This document shows, one piece after another, positions 56,069-64,000 of a stretch of 64,000 bases of DNA. The notes under the pieces were generated by a model. It was not told the origin of the DNA and did no database searches. It saw nothing but the letters and a program-made list of their open reading frames with translations. The DNA comes from Phycisphaerales bacterium (lineage in GTDB: Bacteria; Planctomycetota; Phycisphaerae; Phycisphaerales; UBA1924), in contig CP064987.1 in assembly GCA_016699835.1 (NCBI GenBank), forward strand, positions 1,776,876 through 1,840,875, read 5' to 3'. The translations under genes were made by a program, and so were the position numbers. The first letter of the stretch is position 1; the number at the start of each line of letters is the position of its first letter.

Positions 56069-56098
56069 CCACCGCTCTGGAGAGCAGTGCCACCTTGG
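56069..56098 (-). repeat. Family B palindromic element, inverted orientation
   Basis: The reverse complement reads CCAAGGTGGCACTGCTCTCCAGAGCGGTGG. Confidence 0.75.
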
Positions 56099-56135
56099 GG
56101 GCCGCCTTGGAGAGGTGGGCCGCCATGAGAGTTGT

Positions 56136-56897
56136 CTATCTTCGGGCGCGGATGAAGACGCCGCAGGTGAAGAGGGGGTCGTGGGTTTCGAGTTCGCGGG
56201 TGCTCATGTCTTCGACGGTGAGGCCGGCGAGGAAGGCGAAGGCGAGGCGGAGGTTGCCCCAGGATTCGATTCTGATGTGGTCGGCGGGGAAGTGTCGCTC
56301 GAAGACGAGTCTGGCGAGGTCTGGGGTGAGTCGCCAGTAGTGGCCTGGGATGTTTTCTTCCTGGCCATCGATTTTGCCGAGGGTGGGGAGGGTGACGAGC
56401 ATGACGCCGCCGGGCTTCAGGACGCGTTTCATGTTGCGGATGGCGCCGTCGAGGTCGTCGATGTATTGGAGTGTTTGGGTGCAGATGAAGCAGTCGTAGG
56501 TCTCGTCGGCGATGGAGTGCATCGTCTTGATGTCGTCGTGGATATTGGCGAGGGTGTTGGAGGTGGCGATGTCGAGGACGTCGGAGTGGGTGACGTTCTG
56601 GCCGCCGAACTGTCTGGTGTAGTCGGGGTCCTTGATCTCGAGGACTCGGCCTTTGATGTCTGATTTGTATCGTTCGAGGAACTGCTCGATGTATCGGCGG
56701 TCGATGGGCGTGCCGCGGTCGGTGCCGACGAGGGGGCTGATGGGTCGGGTGGAGTGGGAGAGCATGTAGAGCCATCGGGGGCGGAGGAGGCGTTTAAGGG
56801 GCTTGTCGAGCATGGCGCTTGCGCGGCCGAGGGCTCTTTGGGCGAGACTTCGGCGCGGTTGGTTGTGGGTCGGAGTTGAGGGGTCTGTATTCGCCAT
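56136..56897 (-). CDS. Class I SAM-dependent methyltransferase
   Basis: Translation GRVLEIKDPDY...FICTQTLQYIDDLDGAIRNMKRVLKPGGVMLVTLP. Confidence 0.7.
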   Translation of the reverse strand: MANTDPSTPTHNQPRRSLAQRALGRASAMLDKPLKRLLRPRWLYMLSHSTRPISPLVGTDRGTPIDRRYIEQFLERYKSDIKGRVLEIKDPDYTRQFGGQNVTHSDVLDIATSNTLANIHDDIKTMHSIADETYDCFICTQTLQYIDDLDGAIRNMKRVLKPGGVMLVTLPTLGKIDGQEENIPGHYWRLTPDLARLVFERHFPADHIRIESWGNLRLAFAFLAGLTVEDMSTRELETHDPLFTCGVFIRARR

Positions 56898-56919
56898 GTG
56901 TTTGGGTTTGGGTGGTTGA

Positions 56920-58581
<1,662 letters not shown>

Positions 58582-58626
58582 AGGCCGTCAGGTCGCGACG
58601 GTCGGACATCGAATGTTGATCCACAC

Positions 58627-58653
58627 GCCCGGGGCGAGAGCTCCGGGCTTTTT
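58627..58653 (+). terminator. Rho-independent terminator (GCCCGGGG-CGAGAG-CTCCGGGC-TTTTT)
   Basis: The hairpin and T-run lie 46 nt after the atpD stop. Confidence 0.7.
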
Positions 58654-58697
58654 CGTTGTCGTGAGCGCCTCGTGATTGCCGCATTCGGCCCGTGGCG

Positions 58698-59843
58698 TCA
58701 CTTCGGCTGCACTTGACGCCGGGCCTCATCCAGAATTTCGGCGACGACCACGTTGTACTCGAGGCTCGACAGCGGGTCGACGGCACACTCGCCGCGCACG
58801 ACCGCCTTCAGATACGACCACTCGTTCTCCAGATTCTTTGGCTTCGCGGCGGGCTGCACCTTTGTTGGCCCGGCGTTCTCCTGTCGCATGGCGAGATCGT
58901 CCCACTTGCCCGCGTGCAGCGACCATCCATCGAGGTACAGGTCCATCTCTTTGTTGTCGTGGGTCCAGGCCCACGATGCCTCGATCACGGCGGTCGCGCC
59001 CACGCGCGTTTCTTTACCCGGATAGGTGAGCACGATGGTGGCGTCGTCATCGACGTGTGGATATGCCGCGGGCTTGAGCGTCGTCGCGCTCGCCTTGATG
59101 CTTGAGGGGCGCGTTCCGTCCATCATCCACGTGGCGATCACCGCGCCGTAGCACCCGAAATCGACGATCGCGCCGCCGCCGTTCTTTGTTGGATCGGTCA
59201 GCCACGCCAGGAACTCCGCTGAACAGCCGATCTCTTTGGGGCCTTTGTGTCCGTGGCGGAAGATCATCTTGCGCAGGGTGCCATGCTCACCCGAGTCCGC
59301 GAGTCGCTTTGCTTCTCGCACCGACGCGTACCAACTTGTCTCGAAGTTTGTCAGGACCAGCACCTTGTGGGCGCGGGCCGCCTCCTGGATCGCTTTCGCA
59401 TCTTCGCTGGAATACGCGAGCGGTTTCTCGAGCAGGGTGTGCACGCCCCTGGCGGCGCAGGCCTCGACGGCCGCCCGATGCCCGGAGATCGGGCCCATCA
59501 CGCTGACGGCTTCGGGCTTGGTTGCGTTGAGCATCGCCTCCGTCGTCGCGTAATACAGCGACGCCTCGAGTATGTATTTGGCGGCCAGGCGATCGAAGAG
59601 GGCGCGATTCGGCTCGCTGATGCCGACGATCACCATGTCGTCGCGGTGCGTGGCGTTCCAGAGCAGCCCTTCGATGTGCCCGTGGTCCATCCCGATGATG
59701 CCGATCCGCAGCGGTCCTGCCTGCTTCGAGAGGAGAACGTCGGCGTGGTCCTTTGGCTCATCGGCGTGTGTTCGAGGTGCGCACGCCAGGCTCAGGGTCA
59801 ATACCGTCAGGCCTGTCATCACATTCATCAGCATGTGCATCAT
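58698..59843 (-). CDS. Gfo/Idh/MocA family oxidoreductase, secreted
   Basis: A signal peptide is followed by the Rossmann motif LRIGIIGMDHGH. Confidence 0.8.
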   Translation of the reverse strand: MMHMLMNVMTGLTVLTLSLACAPRTHADEPKDHADVLLSKQAGPLRIGIIGMDHGHIEGLLWNATHRDDMVIVGISEPNRALFDRLAAKYILEASLYYATTEAMLNATKPEAVSVMGPISGHRAAVEACAARGVHTLLEKPLAYSSEDAKAIQEAARAHKVLVLTNFETSWYASVREAKRLADSGEHGTLRKMIFRHGHKGPKEIGCSAEFLAWLTDPTKNGGGAIVDFGCYGAVIATWMMDGTRPSSIKASATTLKPAAYPHVDDDATIVLTYPGKETRVGATAVIEASWAWTHDNKEMDLYLDGWSLHAGKWDDLAMRQENAGPTKVQPAAKPKNLENEWSYLKAVVRGECAVDPLSSLEYNVVVAEILDEARRQVQPK

Positions 59844-60050
59844 GCGCGCATGGTATCAGAAGGGTTATGGTGCCGGTTTGTGGCCCCGCGTGAGTCCATC
59901 TATGGATCGTGCCTCGTGGGCGTGTGTGTGTTTCGGTTGGGTTGGCCATGGAGATGGAACCACCGCGACCTCGACGTGTGGTTGTCGCGAAGATTGCCTC
60001 CGAGGACGGCGGCTGTGTCGAAGTAGGCCGAGAAGTTGCACGAATCAGGA

Positions 60051-60899
60051 TCAATACCGCCACGCCATCCCGGCGAAGATGCCGAGATCTTCCGCGGCCC
60101 CGGTCAGCCCGATGCGCACGCCCGCGTCGAGCTGGATATCCGGCGAGATTCCGAGGGTCATGCCGGTGTTGAGTGAGGCACGATAGCTGCTCTCGCCGGA
60201 CGTGTCCGCGGCGCCCGCGTATTCCACAAAGAGGCCGAGCGTGTCGGTGAGCCCACGGGCGATCGTGGCGGTGTGCACGAGATCAAGCGTGTAGGCGTCG
60301 TCGGCCTCATTTCTCACGACATCGAACTCGAGCATGGCGCCGAGGTTGAACCCGTGGGCGAGTTCGAAGGCGGCCGGGACGATGATCCCGGCCTCGAGGT
60401 CGTCGTTTCCCAGACCGTCGCTGGCGGTGGGAATCTTGATGAATGGCATGATCGCGAGGGCGGACTCGCCGGTGTCGTTCCCGTGGAGGTTGATCTTCAC
60501 GCGGACGATCGTGTCGCCGAAACCGTCAACCGTCTCGCGGGATGTCCCACTCTCCGATCGCTGAGAGGTGTAGGGAGTGAGGCCGACCTGGAAGTCGATC
60601 GATGGCGTGAGGCCGGCCTTGAGGAGGAGCGGGGCGATGTCGAGCGTGCGGACGTTCCCCTCGTTGTCACGTGAGTAATCTACGAACGAGAACTCGACCT
60701 GGTAGTGCCGGGCATCGACGGTGAAGGGGCTCTCGGTGGCGTCGGGGCGGTCGGTGCTGAGCCTCCGCATCTGGTCTCTGGGGACCGGGTTCCACAGGGA
60801 GAATGCCGCCGCGTCTGGGGTGAGCGGCTCGATGTCCGCGTGCGCACCGGGTGGACATTCTAGCAGGATCACGGCGCCGACGATTGATATGTAGTTCAT
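60051..60899 (-). CDS. Outer-membrane transporter-like beta-barrel (MetA-pathway-of-phenol-degradation-like family, tentative)
   Basis: The signal peptide begins MNYISIVGAVILL. LSTDRPDATESPFTV is present. The C-terminus is aromatic (GMAWRY). Confidence 0.7.
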   Translation of the reverse strand: MNYISIVGAVILLECPPGAHADIEPLTPDAAAFSLWNPVPRDQMRRLSTDRPDATESPFTVDARHYQVEFSFVDYSRDNEGNVRTLDIAPLLLKAGLTPSIDFQVGLTPYTSQRSESGTSRETVDGFGDTIVRVKINLHGNDTGESALAIMPFIKIPTASDGLGNDDLEAGIIVPAAFELAHGFNLGAMLEFDVVRNEADDAYTLDLVHTATIARGLTDTLGLFVEYAGAADTSGESSYRASLNTGMTLGISPDIQLDAGVRIGLTGAAEDLGIFAGMAWRY

Positions 60900-60955
60900 G
60901 CTACATTGTAGCACATGCTACACACTCGTCCGACACCTCCTTGCAAGCCCTTGGC

Positions 60956-60971
60956 GGGGGGGGTGGGGGGG
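60956..60971. repeat. Homopolymeric tract G8-T-G7
   Basis: Read directly from the sequence. It lies 57-72 nt upstream of the 60899 start (C8-A-C7 on the coding strand). Confidence 0.85.
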
Positions 60972-61019
60972 TGATTCGGCTCCGAACGTCGGGTGGGCGC
61001 CCGTTGTGTGGGGACTGGA

Positions 61020-61688
61020 CTAGGCTCCGGAATCCCGCTTCGCTTCCCACCGCGTGTTCAGCGTGTGGTCGACCTTGAGGAGGTCGAGCACCTTGCCGAC
61101 GACGAAGTCCACGAGGTCTTCGATGGACTTTGGGCCGAGGTAGAAACCGGGGTTGGGTGAGCAGAGCGTCGCGCCGGCGAGGGCGAGGCTTTCCATGTTG
61201 CGGAGGTCGATGAGGCTCAGGGGCATCTCGCGGTGGCAGATGATGAGCGGGCGGCGTTCCTTGAGCGTGACCATGGCGGCGCGGCAGAGAAGGTTGCTGC
61301 CGCTGCCGGTGGCGATCTGGCCGAGGGAGGTGGAGGAGCAGGGGATGACGACCATGCCGTCGTGGAGGAAACTCCCTGAGGCGATGACGGCGCCGACGTC
61401 CTTGTGGGGGTGGATGAACAGTCGATTCTGTGTGGAGACCATGTTGGGGGCATCGAGTTTCGAGGACAGGCGGGGGCAGAGTTGGGCGAGTTCGAGTTCT
61501 CGGACGCCGGCCTCGTCGAAGAGGAGGCGCCGGCCGTAGTCGCTGACGACGAGATGGACCTCGTGGGTGGGGTTCTCGAGGAGGAGTTCGAGGAGGCGGA
61601 GGGCGTAGGCGGCCCCGGAGGCGCCGGAGATGCCGACGACGAATCGACGGGTTCGTTGATCGGCGGAATGGCTGGAAGGGTGGGTCAT
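61020..61688 (-). CDS. ubiX: UbiX-family flavin prenyltransferase
   Basis: Translation RFVVGISGASGAAYALRLLELLL...VHLVVSDYG...MVVIPCSSTSLGQIA. Confidence 0.9.
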   Translation of the reverse strand: MTHPSSHSADQRTRRFVVGISGASGAAYALRLLELLLENPTHEVHLVVSDYGRRLLFDEAGVRELELAQLCPRLSSKLDAPNMVSTQNRLFIHPHKDVGAVIASGSFLHDGMVVIPCSSTSLGQIATGSGSNLLCRAAMVTLKERRPLIICHREMPLSLIDLRNMESLALAGATLCSPNPGFYLGPKSIEDLVDFVVGKVLDLLKVDHTLNTRWEAKRDSGA

Positions 61689-61898
61689 CTGGGTCGTGTT
61701 CGGCTGACGCGGGCGTGCGGATGCTCAGCGTAGCCGCGTGCGGGATTCTATTTTCGATGGTGAGCGGCGAAGGGTGGCGTGTGGACGGGGGTTCACGTAC
61801 GCTTGTGCACCTCGGCGTTTTCATCGGGTGCCGCGCGGAGCGCGGTCCTGGATGGGTTCATGGTGGACGGGACGCCGGCGTTCATGGAGGTGCGGGAC

Positions 61899-62603
61899 AT
61901 GCATTCGGCAGGGAAGTGCGTGGTCGTGGGCGTGATGATGGCGGCGGGTCTTGGCGGGTGCATCGGGTACTCGAATGTGGCGGAAGAGACCAGCCAGACG
62001 CCGTTGAAAACGCCGAACTATGCCTCGACGGATCCAAACGAGCCCGGCGTAGTCGAGATCATGACGGCGTCGTTGCTCGAGGTGATCGCGCGTCGGCCGG
62101 CGCCTGGGAGCGCGGCGATCGTGAACCTTCCCGAGGGGATGCGGAAGGTGTACTACGAGCGGGTGGCGGAGTCGTTGACGAAGGCGACGGGCGTGGAGTT
62201 CATGGCGATGTCGCCCGATGTGGTGGATCGCGGCCTCCCTGTGTACAGCGTGGGCGAGGTGCTTGTGCGGTACAACCGGGCCGAGTGTGATGTGTTCGCG
62301 CCGACGTCGGATGAGTTTGGGCAGATGGGGGTCCAGCGGATCCGCGTGCATCTCGATGGTGGACTGAACCCGTGGCGCGTGGTCCGGCCTCAGATCTATC
62401 TGGTGAACGCCTTTGCCGCGCCCGAGGCGCACTTCATTCCCGAGGTGGACAACCCGACGGAGTATCAGGATCTTCGCAAGCGTCAGAAGATGGCGAAGAT
62501 CCCGCCTGCGTCGGCGCTTGAGCCGAAAAAGCCTGAGCCTCAACCGATGGAGGAGATGGATCCGGTGACGGCGGCAGAGGAGTTGCCGGCCGGGCAGCCG
62601 TGA
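61899..62603 (+). CDS. Lipoprotein (hypothetical)
   Basis: The N-terminus MHSAGKCVVVGVMMAAGLGGCIGYS contains a lipobox. I trimmed the start to Met41 of the ORF. Confidence 0.55.
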   Translation: MHSAGKCVVVGVMMAAGLGGCIGYSNVAEETSQTPLKTPNYASTDPNEPGVVEIMTASLLEVIARRPAPGSAAIVNLPEGMRKVYYERVAESLTKATGVEFMAMSPDVVDRGLPVYSVGEVLVRYNRAECDVFAPTSDEFGQMGVQRIRVHLDGGLNPWRVVRPQIYLVNAFAAPEAHFIPEVDNPTEYQDLRKRQKMAKIPPASALEPKKPEPQPMEEMDPVTAAEELPAGQP

Positions 62604-62642
62604 CGTGGTGACGATTCGGGGCGCGGCTGATACGGTTGGGAC

Positions 62643-63644
62643 ATGAACGCACCCATGGAGGCTCGGCCGACCGGCTCGATTTCACGCGAGCGTGATCTGC
62701 TCGCGCTGCGGGGGATGGACGCCCGAGAGATCCGGCGTCTTGTTCGGCTGGCGGCCGACCCCGCCGCGCTGCGCGAGGACGAGAATCCGCTGATAGGGCG
62801 GATCGTCGCGAACCTTTTCTTCGAGGACTCCACGCGGACGCGGCTGTCGTTCTCGGTGGCGGCGCAGCGGCTTGGGGCGCGCGTCGTGGATCTCGCGGGG
62901 CCTGGATCGAGCGTGAGCAAGGGGGAGTCGCTGGTGGACACGGCACTCACCGTCGAGGCGATGGGGGTCTCGGCGCTCGTCGTGCGCTGCAAGCAGTCGG
63001 GGGGCGCGGAACTCATCTCGCGCGCGGTGGACATCGGCGTCATCAACGCGGGAGACGGGCGGCACGAGCACCCGACACAGGGGTTGCTCGACATCCTGAC
63101 GCTGGCGAGGGCGGCGGGGCGGCTCTCGACGCTGGATTTCTCGGGGATGACGCTGGCGATCGTGGGGGACATCGAGTCGTCGCGAGTGGCGCGATCGAAC
63201 ATCGCGGGGATGGGGGCGCTGGGGGCGCGGGTGGTGTGTGTCGGGCCGGCGAGCATGGCGCCGGCGTCGCTCTCGACGCTGGGGTGTGAGGTGTCATCCG
63301 ATCTCGATTCGATCCTGCCGTCGGCGGACGCGGTGATGATGCTGCGGATCCAGTTCGAGCGGCACGAGGACTCGGCGAGGGGCGCGGAGGGTGTGCCGAT
63401 GAAGTCGTCGCACGAGTCGATCCGGGAGTATCGCGCGGGGTACGCGCTCACGCGGGAGCGGCACGCGGTGATGAAGCGCGGGGCCTTCGTGATGCACCCG
63501 GGCCCCATGAACCGGGGTGTGGAGATCGATGCCGAGGTGGCGGACGCGCCGAACTCGCTGATTCTGACGCAGGTGGCGCGGGGTGTGGATGTTCGGATGG
63601 CGGTCTTGCTGGATCGGCTGAGGCCGGAGTTGACGCGAGGTTGA
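62643..63644 (+). CDS. pyrB: Aspartate carbamoyltransferase catalytic subunit
   Basis: FFEDSTRTRLSF, HEHPTQGLLD and HPGPMNRGVEI are present. Confidence 0.95.
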   Translation: MNAPMEARPTGSISRERDLLALRGMDAREIRRLVRLAADPAALREDENPLIGRIVANLFFEDSTRTRLSFSVAAQRLGARVVDLAGPGSSVSKGESLVDTALTVEAMGVSALVVRCKQSGGAELISRAVDIGVINAGDGRHEHPTQGLLDILTLARAAGRLSTLDFSGMTLAIVGDIESSRVARSNIAGMGALGARVVCVGPASMAPASLSTLGCEVSSDLDSILPSADAVMMLRIQFERHEDSARGAEGVPMKSSHESIREYRAGYALTRERHAVMKRGAFVMHPGPMNRGVEIDAEVADAPNSLILTQVARGVDVRMAVLLDRLRPELTRG

Positions 63645-63651
63645 TCGCTCG

Positions 63652-64000
63652 TTAGCACCCGTCGGCGAAGCGCTCGATGTAGAAGAGCAGGTCGTCGATG
63701 GTGACGGCGTAGTCGCCGACGCCCGTGCCGCTGCCGTCGTCGAGGTCGGCGATGGCGTCGCCGTCCTGGAATCGATCGATGAAGTAGAGGAGGTCGTCGA
63801 TGGTGACGGCCCCGTCGCAGGCACCGGTCTGGGTGGCATCGTCGAGGTCGGCGGGGCAGTAGACGAGATCGGCGTGGTAGGTCCGGGTCTCGTCGCAGGG
63901 GTCCTTGATGGTGCACTCATAGCGGGCGACATCGAGGAGGGCGACGTTGTCGATGGTGAGCGTGGCGGCCTTGGCGCCGGTAACGGTGGAGCCTGTGCCC
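63652..64000 (-). CDS. Partial (3' end) secreted protein with an Ig-like domain and a C-terminal double dockerin-like module ending in Gly-Cys
   Basis: This is my own translation of the reverse strand; the ORF is not in the track because it runs off the window. It reads ...ATLTIDNVALLDVARYECTIKD...CPADLDDATQTGACDGAVTIDDLLYFIDRF...DLDDGSGTGVGDYAVTIDDLLFYIERFADGC*. Confidence 0.8.
   Translation of the reverse strand, partial: GTGSTVTGAKAATLTIDNVALLDVARYECTIKDPCDETRTYHADLVYCPADLDDATQTGACDGAVTIDDLLYFIDRFQDGDAIADLDDGSGTGVGDYAVTIDDLLFYIERFADGC

Noticed and set aside
16087-56098. Repeated hairpins considered as a possible CRISPR array
   Set aside because: The copies are kilobases apart with no regular spacing, they have variable flanks, and no cas genes are present. 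They are dispersed REP-like elements.

Overview
This is a high-GC bacterial chromosomal segment with about 55 protein genes and one tRNA. No rRNA, CRISPR array, transposase or integrase is visible. The gene content points to a Planctomycetota/Phycisphaerae-like organism. That is an inference from protein motifs only (four secreted proteins ending in a double dockerin-like module with a terminal Gly-Cys, and a prepilin-type H-X9-DG-like protein); no search was run.

Recognisable housekeeping genes:
- Nucleotide, tRNA and cofactor genes: pyrE, lysS, tadA, pyrB, ubiX
- Replication and segregation: gyrA, dnaE, parB
- Membrane and stress: tatC, crcB, nhaA, clpB, an MscS-family channel
- Energy: atpD

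Other content:
- An ECF sigma/anti-sigma pair leads a same-strand run of envelope proteins, a MoxR ATPase, a P1B-4-type metal pump and an Rrf2 regulator.
- A ParE/Phd toxin-antitoxin pair, SpoVR, an orphan MCP and an orphan histidine kinase.
- Two outer-membrane barrel candidates and many secreted hypothetical proteins.

Most interesting signals:
1. The + strand switches from C-rich to G-rich at about 53.35-53.6 kb, regardless of gene orientation. Third-codon-position choice and gene-orientation bias flip at the same place. This is a replication-origin-type skew switch with no dnaA/dnaN and almost no non-coding DNA.
2. Three parS-type sites, one a perfect TGTTTCACGTGAAACA, sit inside coding sequence exactly at that switch, next to a parB gene that has no parA.
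3. At least two families of intergenic palindromic elements have covarying stems. Family A copies sit directly against start codons and appear to supply the Shine-Dalgarno sequence.
4. The GC-terminal dockerin-like module is attached to four unrelated proteins.
5. moxR overlaps the P1B-4 ATPase gene by an ATGA overlap.
6. A 740-bp intergenic region holds a 26-codon ORF, tandem hairpins and an orphan terminator.

Limits: all calls come from reading the translations and the sequence by eye. Start codons are often uncertain, and the high GC content creates many long spurious ORFs and N-terminal extensions. Family names are from memory, not from searches.
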